Below, in pieces: positions 11,983-23,658 of a stretch of DNA of 23,745 nucleotides. Position numbers and translations under genes: made by a program. The stretch spans positions 1 to 23,745 of the forward strand of contig CAXIUT010000250.1 of NCBI GenBank assembly GCA_964035545.1, in the 5' to 3' direction. The stretch is from Bugula neritina. Its lineage: Eukaryota > Animalia > Bryozoa. How positions within the stretch are numbered: position 1 is the first letter of the stretch; every line of letters starts with the position of its first letter. The notes under the pieces were generated by a model. It saw only the letters and a list, made by a program, of their open reading frames with translations, was not told the origin of the DNA and did no database searches.

Positions 11983-13765
11983 TGCATCTTTATAGTTCGA
12001 GTTAAAGAAAATCTCTATAGTTCTTTTTTAACTTCTTTACATTTCTTATCTAAAGAATCTACAATCGACCTATCATAGTGCTATAATCTTTCAATGTTTG
12101 CTTAATTTCCCCTCCAAATAAATCAAATTCTTACTTACACCATTTCTATATATTCCCTTCGATTGACAATGTCTCCTTTGTATGCTTCTTTATCGACTTA
12201 TTTATATTTTTTAACTTGCTAGTATGCACCGTTTATATCCGATTCAACTTTTTTGAAACCTAACTTATCTGCTGTTCCATTGGATCCATAACTTATATCA
12301 CCTACTTTTCTATTAACTTCAAATACTCGTCTCTTTCTGATTCTTCACTATCGCTTTGATAGCTCATTTCTTGTTTATTTTTGTTTTCCTCTTCTTAAGA
12401 AGAAAAGTTATCGCCTTCATATTTTTGAAATAATTTTTGAGGAATTTAACCTAAACTGCCAAAAGAAGAAGAACCACTCAAAGTATTCAATGCATCTTAA
12501 TATTAAGGAAAATCTTCTTTCATTTATTCATATTAAAGGTATTTATTATAAGATCTTTAATGAGCTTTAACAGTATAATAACTTTGATTTTTCATTTTTT
12601 AAAGATTATCTTTATAAAACTTACTTAAATATATTTACCAATCCTCCTCTAACTGCTATCCACTATACTCAATCTCTTCTCTCTTTTCTTTGTCTGGTTC
12701 TTTATGACTAAAAAAGAAATCTTTCCAACTATTATGACTAACCCACTATGTATTCACATATTTCGCATTATGTATCTTAGTTCGATGATTTACATCAATA
12801 ACCAAAGTAGCAATTCTTATTTCTTTATGCTTGAAAAAACACATATCTACAGAATAAAATTGAGAACCCTTTATTGTTTACGTGTGAGTAGGAAATAACA
12901 TGAAATCTTATTTCAATCCTATTTCAAGATCAAAAAGAAAAAATTGCTACTGAGCATATCCTTTATAAAAATCTTGATTTATTTTTAACAAACGATTGCT
13001 CAAAGTCTTTTTACTTTTTATCTCATATGTACGTATCAAAATGTACTAATAAAGAGGATCCACCTTTATTTAGATATTTTAATCGTGCTGTATATAAAGT
13101 TAAACTTCAAGGATAGGCTAAAGATCGAAAATATCAAATATTTTTAGATATTTTCTTGACTAAACTACTAGTAGAAATTATTTGCTTTATGGCAATAAGA
13201 GTGGATTTTTTAATAATTTAAAGGTATTGATAAGTTTAAAAGGAGCCTAAGCTATATTTTTACCTTATGTTGTAATAGTAATAGATCCAGGATACTGAAT
13301 AATAATGATTTATTCATCGAATATAGTCGATATTAGTATATCTTCTGGCACTTCCTTCGCATCCTCCAAATGTATTTTTCTACTCTTAGATGAACTCCCA
13401 ATACTAACAGCCTCAATATCTTTATTTCCCAAAATGTAAATATTCTCCTGAGTCAATCTCACCCTCGGGATTTTATCCTTTTACAACACCATTTCATGCA
13501 CTAAAATAATTTCATCCAGAGCATCCACTTTCCTTAACTCCAACTTTCCACTTCTATATAAAACAGCTATCAAGCTAGAATGTTCTAGAGATAGAGCTAT
13601 GACTTCTCGACCTTTCAGTTTCAGACAGTAACAAGATCGTTTCAGAGCTATTTATCTGACTACCAACTATGATGAAGTTGTATATGCTATTCTGTTATGA
13701 GTTGACACTCTGAGGATAGGTTTCTCTTTAAGTCGTTCAAAAAGGGCTTCACTCACGATCTGCAT
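11983..13765 (-). CDS. Hypothetical protein (beta-strand-rich N-terminus, acidic linker, coiled coil), 3'-truncated at the telomeric junction
   Basis: TGA-free frame from ATG 13765 (possibly 13844 or 13853 with a 1-nt correction) to the junction at 11983 with no stop; beta-propeller plus coiled-coil architecture is only a guess. Confidence 0.8.
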
Positions 13766-13910
13766 CTAATTTATTCCAGCCTATTATTATATACTCTCCT
13801 GTAAATAATACCACTCTTCCTTTATTATTTACTCATAAAGTCATAATATTCATTAATTAAGGTGCAAAATGACACAAATATCCAATAAAACATCAAATAA
13901 AATCTTTTAA

Positions 13911-13985
13911 GGGGTTGGGGTTGGGGTTGGGGTTGGGGTTGGGGTTGGGGTTGGGGTTGGGGTTGGGGTTGGGGTTGGGGTTGGG
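13911..13985 (+). repeat. Internal telomeric tract (GGGGTT)n, right end of segment B
   Basis: 75 bp perfect repeat; ends TTGGG|T. Confidence 0.98.
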
Positions 13986-13986
13986 T

Positions 13987-16900
13987 CACAATGCCTAATC
14001 CGACCAATCCAAACGCCACATCGCCAACAAACAAGCCCTCTAGCGTTTTTATCAACAAATAAATTCGAATCTTCTCACATCAAATAAAATCAACTAGCTT
14101 CATGATTAAAACTTTACAAAATGGTACAAAACAACCAGATACTGGGACGCCTGCAAATACAAATCAAATTAATAATAAAACGAATAATTCTAACTGATAG
14201 TTCTCAAGGTAACAAACTGGTCAATAGTCCAAGTAATGAATGACAACAAATAAGTCTAATTCGATTTGAGATCTAGCTATGCCATCGGAATCTAATCCAA
14301 AACTCATCACTAGTATCTACTAGACAGCATGAAGATGTAAGAACAGATATAACTGTAATATGTGAATGATAATTTAACTCCCTATCAAAGAGAACTGCAA
14401 ATGATAAAATAAAACAATAAAGAAATGTTTGGATTATTTGTCAAGTGGCATTTCGATAAAGCTAGTAGTAGAATCGTAGTTATAGTTAAGGATCAAATAG
14501 ATAAAGATAAAATGTTGTTTATTTATAATAGATAGCATATGAACAATTCAGCTATTATTTAAGATAGAATGGGTTCTTCTTTCTTCTAAGAAAAAGATCA
14601 AAATTCTAATTATATGCAATAAATACTCAAAATACATAGAACCAAACAAATTTATGATAAATAATTAAATAAATTCAAAAAAACATCACTAGAATCAGTC
14701 AAAAATAACTTCAAAAATAAAATAAACTCATTCCTTTAAAAATAAAAAAATAATTAATCAAGATTAATAGGCAATCGAGTACTCATCGACTCATTTCAAT
14801 ACTATTAAAGACTTCAAGCCTAAGATATGCTTGTAAAATGGAAGAATAAATCAAATCAAATCAGCAAAGATAAATTACTTTTGATATAAATATCATAAAT
14901 TTGGATAAAAACTACCAACTCACTTTAAAAAGTCACTCTTTTACTCAAAAATAAAAAATAAAATGTTAATTAAAGTTTTAAAAAGAATTACTAATTCAAA
15001 AATAAATAAGGATAATATACTATCTATCAAGTTAGTCGAGAAGAACAAAGTAGATGTTCAGCATTTGCACTATCGAAAGGAATATATTCTAAATAAATAG
15101 GACTCAATGTAGAAACAGTCGCTTCAAATAACTAAAAACAGATCTTTAGCAATACCTTCCAGTACTTCAAACTTGAAGGATAAGACTCTTTTCCTCATCA
15201 TATCAACCTTTTTGATGTCAGACAGTCAGATGTCAAAGAGCAAACATGTTTTATTGTACTTAAAGCAAAATAAACTAGAAATGGAGCTCTCAAAACAGTA
15301 TAAGCCCATCACCATCGAGCTCTTTTCGACCATGTAGGTTCTATTCCAACTAAATATCGTTCATCTTTATCAATTCCATACACACCAGATACCTATCCAT
15401 TAATTAGAACTCTTCTTAGTCCTTCTCTTCCTCAAAAACTATCAAAATAATCCTATCAACAGTGCTATTTTAACTTAGTATCTTTTATTCAATCAGAATA
15501 GAACAAATCCCAGATGTCTTTAGCCAACTTGAGTCCTCATAACATCATTGATAAGAGTCCAATGAGATAGAGATTAACTTTTTACTAGAGATAGATATTA
15601 AGGTCAATAGGTAATTTTGACAGTGAGACAATATTAAGAAAATCAGGTCTTTATATAGACAATAACAGAAACAATATAACGCCAGAAGAGAGTAAAATAT
15701 TAGCATTTGTAACAACAATAGATCCAAAAATATTTTCATAACTAAATAGAAAAGATTTCATAGTAAATCACATCCAAAATAAAAACCTAACAGAAGATCT
15801 ATCATACTACAAACCACTAAATGAAGTTCTAATAAAACAACTCCTAACAAAATATCTATACTTTATCAATCGCATTCCTCAAATAAAATAATTCGGTTAT
15901 CCTTTAGGCTACACATCATCTTTAATCCCTATATTATAAAAATACGTATTGATATTTTTTAATTCAAAAACATCAAACGACGAAGAGATAACCAATCAAA
16001 CAAAAACTAATATTAACTTTTTAGCTTTTGTCTTATTTATATCAAAAATATATCCCTATTTCGATCAACATCACCTCAAAACTGACCTTTTTATGATAAG
16101 ATTTCTAGTGCAGTAAAAATTGTCACATTTCAATGACTATCTCAATAGAAATCATATCGGTTTATAAAATTTGATAAGCTAGTATCTCTTAACTTTGTTT
16201 ACTGGACTATCAGAAGAACTTACCTTTAGAATTTGGGATTATTTGATTAGTAGCTAAAATTAAAGAAAAGCAAGAATCATTATATCTTTTACCTTATTAA
16301 CCTATCTGTAAACTACAAGAAATCTACCTATCATACCCATCAATCAATTCATGGAAAGGGTAGATCACAATATGAACCAAATAGTGCTTACCCATGATTT
16401 TTGTTCTACTTTTACAAAAACGACTGATCAATATTTTAGTGGATAGACTAATAGATCTAAAAGATTGTCACGATTCGTATAAGGCAAATAAAAATCAATA
16501 CTGGATGATAGATATCTACAAAGAATCATCATGGGCGACACTCCTAAATAAAATAACAACAAATCTAATAAAAATAATAAAACATCTAACTCGCAAATAT
16601 CATATCCACTCCCGAAACCCAATCATTTCGGATTCAATATCAACTAAATAATCATATTTATCCATAATTTGAATATACTGGAAAATATAAACTTACTATC
16701 CCAAAAATATTATTTAAGATTTACAACAAAAGCAAAAAACAACGGAATTTATTAGATCCCAATATCAAATAAAAACTATTTTTATAACTAATCCTTCAAA
16801 ATAGGACTACATCCTTTAGGATAATAAGATAAGTAAGATAACAGAAAAATAAAAATATAAGTCATTAAAAAATAAAATAAATTCGATAAAGGATATATCT

Positions 16901-18450
16901 AACTAACAGGATAACTAAACTATAGCCAATATCACAAAGACAAAGCATACAAAACCTTTATCATCCTACAACCTATCACTAAACATAACAAAGGATAAAC
17001 TATCCTGAATGTATCATTTTGCTTAAAAACAGATCAATCTTATAAAAAAATATAGTAAAAAAAATTATAACCTCTAGAATAATTAAGCTAATAACTACTA
17101 GATTATGATATTAGTTCAGGCAACGAAGTCATGTTGAAATTACGATAACTATTCGACTGGTTTTAGAAAATAAAAAACCCTTTAGATTAATTTTCAACAT
17201 AACAAAATAAAAGACTTCAAAATAGTGCTCTCAACTACTATCACTCTCCATGGCTGTAAACCTCAAAAACAACAGTTTAGGAAATAAAAACCATTTTCTA
17301 TCATATCTTTCCCTCAGATAAATAACAAAATCTCAAGTTGGAGTTTTCAAAAATATACTAAATCTTCTCATAATAAAATAAAATGCAACATATCCATCTC
17401 ATATAAATGCTCCTCAAAATACTTTTGGCCTTAAATATTACAAGAAAAAAGAAATTCACCTATCTCTACTGTCTAGCTGTACACTACCAAGACGTCTACT
17501 CCAAAAAAGTCACAGCAGAAACTGTCAACTCCATGATCAAAGCCATTCTTAAATTTAGAGGTATCATCAGTGCATGTCCTTATGAAAAGAGCACTTGTGG
17601 TAAGATAGTATAAGCTATATTTTATACATCTAGTCTTAAAAATACTGATCAAAAAAATAATTTTACATAAATATTGCAAGATTGGGCCTACATGTGCAAC
17701 TTCAAACTATAATTCAACTCAATCATACTAGGATCAGCTCATGACCTGTCCATTCTCAAATGCTTGTTTGACCAAAATGCTCTAAAAACAATACAAAATC
17801 AACCAGAATGCAGATTTTAAATTACATACTAAGTCGATAAAAGAAAATATCTATGGTCTGCAGTAGTAGATAGTCATTCTTTTGAAGTGTTAAAAAGAGG
17901 AACTAAATTTCTTAATAACTTTGATGGCTATGCAGATATAAAATATCTCGATTCCAGTCAATAGTATCTCTACAACTGTTAAAACATTATTCCTCTTCAA
18001 GTGCATAAAAATTACAACTACGCTTAGTTCATTCAAATCATAATGAGTAACCAATTGGTTAGATACTCACTAGAAACATCTATTCCATTCTACAGAGAAC
18101 CAGTCAAAACCGATCAAGTCAGAATAACTGATTTCATGGAGGACTCAAGATCATCACACATCTATTCTGATTCTAACTCAAAAGATAAACTCAACTAAAA
18201 GATCATAAATCAACCTGAAGAAGAAAGCTACGATAGTTGGGTTTTACATAGAAGTCAAAACTGTTTATAAAACTGGCGACCATGCTGGATTTACAATCCT
18301 GGCCCTATCCTCAGTGAAGTAAAATTTGAAAATGACTCATGTACTTCTTATATTAACATAGAAATCTACACTGTCAACACTCTAGATCTCATCTCCATGG
18401 ACGAAATAGATATTCAGGCCCAGCAATCATCCAAATAAATTAAATATTGA
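13987..18450 (+). CDS. Large TBC (Rab-GAP-like, degenerate) protein with C2-like and EF-hand-like domains, 5'-truncated, at least 1487 aa
   Basis: Frame open from the telomeric junction to TGA 18448-18450 (first ATG only at 14236); TBC C-lobe LVQEKLSHFNDYLNRNHIGLENLISEYLLTLFTGLSEELTFRIWDYL (about 16100-16250); C2-like about 16640-17030 (FYNESFKI); EF-like about 17270-17560. Confidence 0.82.
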
Positions 18451-18474
18451 TTCCATATATCATAAGATTATCTA

Positions 18475-20032
18475 TCATATCTTACTAAATTGTCTTATTT
18501 ACTACCATCTCCCCATCACAACTCCCACTGTCTAGTTCACATCGTTGTTCTTCTGGACCAATTTGTTCAATTACTCAAGTCTTGTCTGGTTGATAGCCTC
18601 TTTCAAATTCAAAGCCTCAGATAAGTACTCTTTTCTTTGTCTTAAGAACATTATCTCACTTTCAATATCGTTCAAATCACAACTTGTCATCAACTAACTA
18701 TGATTTATCTTCTAGAAATTGTCCTACATCTTCCGAAATTCGTTCTTAAAACTTGAAAGAGTCGTGTCTTGTTGGTCATTTTGAGTCATCAGTTGATTCA
18801 AGTTAGAACTTATGATATCTTTCTTTTATCTAAGTTTTAATAGCTAGCGTTAACAGTGTTCAACTTCTTGTTTAAGTACTTTTTATGACTAATCTGACCT
18901 GTGTATTTTCTTTTTTGTTTAATCTAAACTCTTTTATAGTTTTTTTGTTTGATACTCTGTTTTTTGCAATTCAACTGATTCCCTCATTTTAACCATTGAT
19001 TCTTGAGTAATTCTAGTAAAATTCAATAATTGTATTTCTTTCAAAATAGTCTTCAAAGACTCATATTCTTACATATATCTTTTTCTTTAAAGCACTTCTT
19101 TTTCTTTCTATTTTTGTGCTAATTTGATAGCCTAGTTAACTTGCAACAACTAAAATTACTCTCCATATATATTTTTACTAACATTATTCATGTTTTCTTT
19201 GATATTTTATTGCTATATTTTTGCTTTTTGGAATTCCTGATTTCCTTCAATAGTTTGTTTCAAAGTAGTCTAAATAACATATAATTTACTATTTTATTTT
19301 TAACATTCTAAATTTATTTTAACCTCTAATTCAATAGTTCCTCCTAGATTTCCTCATCATTTCTAATCCTTGCTATCTCATGATTATTATGAAATTATTC
19401 CTTCTACACCTCACACATCAAATTCTCATACTCCTATTGATACTCATGTCCCCTCTTATTCTCATTTTCTCTATCTACCAATATATTCTTCAATTTATTT
19501 CGATAATTTCCTATCTTCTAGTTAATCCTTCCCTGCTTCTCCTCATGACTCTTATTATTGATATTCTGCTGCTTTTTTTAAAGATTATCTATTTTGTCAG
19601 ATATATAATTCATCTGACCAACCACCGCATTCTGTTGATCTGACAACTTGATGTTTTAGTATTATGTGTTCTATATACTATAAGTAATACATTGACATTA
19701 GTATCAATCTCTTTTTTCATCGATTGATATTTCTGATTAGAATCTACTATGTTTTTAACCAATGGCTCATTAACACGATTTACTACTCCCCATAAACTAT
19801 TTCCCTCGCTTTGTTGCTGCTTCTCCTTCAGTAGTTTTATCTACATTGTCATAAAGTGAATTTGCTTCAATAGGTTCTATATGTATTCGTCTTCGATATT
19901 CAAGTTAGGATTCAAACCAAAGACAGCTGCTCCGTTGTTTTCTCTCGATATTCCAGCTTAATTAATAGTGATTGTACCTTTATGAGCCCATGAGGCGTTA
20001 GGAAGAGTCGATGATGAAAGGTTTTTCTTCAT
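18475..20032 (-). CDS. Coiled-coil protein, about 505 aa; introns 19671..19690 and 19270..19289
   Basis: ATG 20032; EDEYIENLLKQIHFMTMEIKLLKEKQ followed by long heptad repeats; two 20-nt introns restore frame; TGA 18477-18475. Confidence 0.85.
19270..19289 (-). other. 20-nt spliceosomal intron
   Basis: gtaaattatatgttatttag; retention gives a TGA shortly downstream. Confidence 0.85.
19671..19690 (-). other. 20-nt spliceosomal intron
   Basis: gtattacttatagtatatag; required to join frames. Confidence 0.8.
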
Positions 20033-20105
20033 GTTTTATAGAATAGAATATGGATAGTATTTTAAATAATTAATTAGTCCTACTATAGAATATTAATCAT
20101 TATTA

Positions 20106-20180
20106 GGGGTTGGGGTTGGGGTTGGGGTTGGGGTTGGGGTTGGGGTTGGGGTTGGGGTTGGGGTTGGGGTTGGGGTTGGG
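20106..20180 (+). repeat. Internal telomeric tract (GGGGTT)n, right end of segment C
   Basis: 75 bp perfect repeat; ends TTGGG|T. Confidence 0.98.
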
Positions 20181-20266
20181 TAGCTATTTAAGTTGATTTT
20201 ATAACTTTGTAATAATTTTTAAAAAGATTATAGAATATTTATTTAACAGCCACCTTATTCCATAAA

Positions 20267-21874
20267 ATGAAACAAACAATCGAATTATAAGGAAGTAGGA
20301 AAGCTATAGTATAAATTCCTATCAGCAAACTATCCCAGGCAACTCTATGCCAGCCACAACGCACCTAAGATCACTCAGATTGCAGCAAAATAGTAATGCT
20401 AAATTGCCAAACATGTCAAAATAATACCAACAGTTCTCGTTCTAATGGGCTATAACTCAAATCAATTATCATGGATCTTGAAGAATCATATGATCGAGAT
20501 ATAAAAAAATATTAATAGAAAATAAAAGACATCTAAAAAGAAAGAGATGGACTAAAAATAACTCATTCAAATTAAATACAAAAGACAAGACAAGACTATG
20601 ATATTAAGATTCAAAAACTAAATGAAATAATTGATAGTCTTAAAGGATAGGTAATGAAGAAAGATAACTAGATAGTATATTTAAAGAATGAGAAAGAACT
20701 AATAATCAGAAATAAAATAAACTAATTCAAAAAAGAGTAATATATTGGTAAAATCAACTAGCTTCAAAATATCATCAAATTAAAAGATATAGATATCAAA
20801 GAGTTAGGAGTACAACTGGATTGTAGTCAAAAAGATAGAATAAGAGCATAATAAAATATAATGAAAGCTTAACAAGATAGAATGATAGTATAACAGTAGA
20901 GAATCAAAGCTTAACAAGAAATAACTAATATTCAAAACAAGTGGTAATTATAATCTAAAAATATAAAAAATTAACTAAGTATGTTATAAACTAGCTACAA
21001 TAAATAAAAAATACAAAGCGAATAAAATCATGTTAGAAAATAATAAGAACTAAATAATAAAATATGCTAGTTAATGGAGCAACTAACAAAAACAAATCAA
21101 TCACATACTGACAGTAAATACTATCTATAGAAATACAAGAAATAATTAGAAAATAATAACTAGTCTATAATTAATTTGAAATCAAGTATATAACAAGAAT
21201 AAAATAAAAATATGAAGCTTTAAAATAATTTAAATGAAGTTTATCTCGATATGAAAGATTTAAAAGAACAACTTTTATTGAAAATGGATAAACTATAAAA
21301 AAGTTAATAAACCATTCTCATCATGGACAACCAAAAAGGCACCTTGTTGAATGAACTTTAATTGAAAATGAAGTAAATTGATGTTTTGAAAAAGTAGGTT
21401 AATAATAAATAAAAGGTATATTAAGTTAAAATATAAAGAATTATTGATAGCAAAGATAGAATCAATTAACTACAAAATGTTATTAAAGAACTATAAATGC
21501 AACTCAAACAATTCGGATAAGAAAGAGATGGACTTTCAGAATAACTCAAAAAAAGATTAAATACTATTGACTAACTCAAATCTGCCATTTTTAAGTTATA
21601 AACCTAGATAAGTAGTCTTAAAAGTTATATATCGAAAAGATAAGGATCATTCAAATGGGCAGTCTAAAGATAAATATAAAAAGATATGGCTGTCAGTCAA
21701 CAACCTTCCTCGCAAATCTACAAAGTATCACAAGTAAGATAATATAACAGATAAATTCAATAAAAAAGTTAAAATCAAGAAGTAAAAGAAAAAATAACAG
21801 AAGCAATCAGAACATAAATATTGAACAACTTCCAAGAACAACTTACTTTTGGCATAAATAATCCTCCATCATGA
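20267..21874 (+). CDS. Long coiled-coil protein, 535 aa
   Basis: ATG 20267 to TGA 21872-21874 without interruption; K/E/L/I heptads; short Cys-containing N-terminus. Confidence 0.85.
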
Positions 21875-21923
21875 TACCAATATCATTTTATCTATAATTT
21901 CTGATAATATAAAGTTGTATAAA

Positions 21924-22549
21924 ATGCAAGACGATTCAAGTATAAACAGCGGCTCAGCTCAAAAATCAAAACTAACTCGAGCACAAACCATGATGACCAA
22001 TTCTTTCAGGATGGCTGCATCAGTTATCGGAGGATCAAATGCCTCAAAAAAAGCACTATCTCTCACAGTTCCAAGTAAATAATCATTTTAATAAGAACTC
22101 ACTATAAAATAAAAAGACGATTACAAGAAGCAGCCTGAATGCCAAGTCTGTTTCATCATTTTTAGTAAATTTGCACAACATCATTGTCGCATATGTGCAA
22201 ATGCAGTTTGTTCATCTTGTTCCTTTTCAACAATAAACAAATAAAGGTACTATATTTCTGATCAAGAGCCTGCGATAAATGTGCCTATCACTATTCAGAT
22301 ATGTAGAGATAGAAGTTTAAGCAATAGACAATAAAAGGTTTAACAAATTTATGCGTGCAATATCTTGGTCATAAAATGAAAACATAAGAATAACTTAAAA
22401 AGTTATAAGATTAAATACCGAATTAGTAATAAAAGATGAAATAAAAAAGAAACCACGATTAAAAAATGAAAAAGTACTAATAAAAATTATAACAATTAAT
22501 GTAAAATAAAAAACATCTTTAAAAAGAAATATAAAAAATCAAAAGTTGA
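21924..22549 (+). CDS. FYVE-type zinc finger protein with C-terminal coiled coil, about 201 aa; intron 22247..22266
   Basis: CQVC...F...QHHCRICANAVCSSCS...RACDKC (8 Cys); TGA 22547-22549. Confidence 0.9.
22247..22266 (+). other. 20-nt spliceosomal intron
   Basis: gtactatatttctgatcaag; removal creates RACDKC, the RVCxxC element of FYVE. Confidence 0.9.
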
Positions 22550-22568
22550 TTATTTTGTTAACTAAATA

Positions 22569-23658
22569 TCATTACTAAAATGTATAATTTATCTAATTCT
22601 CACTAGGTATAATAGAATTCATATAACTTTGTTTCCTTTATTATAAAATCTAACAGTCTCTGTTAAGAATCGACAGCTTCCTCTCTATTCTCTATTGATC
22701 AGGATTAAAATCAAGTTCACTTTTGACTCCTCTAAGAATGTATTAGTTCTATCTCTTCTTTTACTAAAGCTATAAAATCAATTCTAGCATTTAATCTGTT
22801 CGATATTTGATTTCACTTTTACTAGTTAATGTTTTTTATTGGTTTTTTCTAGCAAAATGAACCTGCTTTTTTAGTTGCTCAATATTATGATTAATTTGTT
22901 CTTATTTTTCTTTCATTTTTTAATAGTTTTTTTCATTTGCCCGATAAGTCGATCTAACAGCTTGATTTTGTTCTTATATTATTTAACATTCATATTTTTT
23001 GTTGCATATTTATTGCAATAACTCCTTTTTTATAATTTATTTTACCTATTTTTTTTGATTATATTTTTTTCATGCATCGATCATAGACATTTACTATTTA
23101 TAACAAAAAATTAGAAACTATTTATGAAGTTCCATGGTTATATTTAGATTATATTTTAGATAACTCCTCTGTTATATTTTATATACCTTTATAAGTCATT
23201 AAATGCCTATCAACTTTAATCTTTTATAGTTATTTATTCAAATGATACCTATTTTTCTTTTTATTTGTCTAAATAATCAACCTCTACTTCTGATCTATAT
23301 AATCTTACAACTTATAGCTATATTTTTATTAAATTTGCTAATTTAAACCTAATCCAAATTGAATAAATATGGATGATTTGATTTAAGATAAGTTTTAAAG
23401 TAAATCATCATAGTTAAAAGGTTATTATCTGTTAAAATATTTAATAGCAAGTTAGTTATAGCTACAAGATAGATAATAATTTTATTTTTTATATAGTTTT
23501 TATATGATTAAGAGAAATGTAGGCTTTAATTATATTTTATCTCTATTTTTGTTTTATTATTTAGTCAAAGCTATCAATATTTTACAAATAATCGAAGGTT
23601 TTATCGATAATTTTTTATATTTTTTAAAATGATTAACCTATTTAATATAATTAAGTAA
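22569..23658 (-). CDS. Coiled-coil hypothetical protein, apparently 5'-truncated by the right telomere; apparent 1-nt frameshift near 23064-23072
   Basis: Protein-like TGA-free frame from the telomere junction with no in-frame ATG for over 150 codons; second frame continues to TGA 22571-22569. Confidence 0.65.

Noticed and set aside
13825-14058. (PQ)n-repeat ORF, and the GW/GV-repeat ORF at 11836..12078
   Set aside because: Simply translations of the telomeric hexamer
13991-14197. ATG just after tract B as the true start of the segment C gene
   Set aside because: That frame closes at TGA after about 68 codons; the long frame is a different one and is open from the junction
277-19643. Short ORFs in the supplied six-frame track
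   Set aside because: Computed with TAA/TAG as stops; they are antisense or off-frame shadows, or small pieces of the real genes (e.g. 3652..3840, 5722..5952, 17407..17613)
11903-20180. Telomere-bearing transposon (TBE/Tel-like) or telomeric retrotransposon
   Set aside because: Tracts are direct rather than inverted; no terminal inverted repeats, target duplication, transposase or reverse transcriptase motifs; the segments are unrelated cellular genes
11903-20180. Telomeric tracts as insertions into one continuous locus (alternative fragmentation sites collapsed by assembly)
   Set aside because: The two flanks of a tract do not join: the left side is intergenic while the right side is mid-gene in B and C. 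Not excluded for the C/D junction
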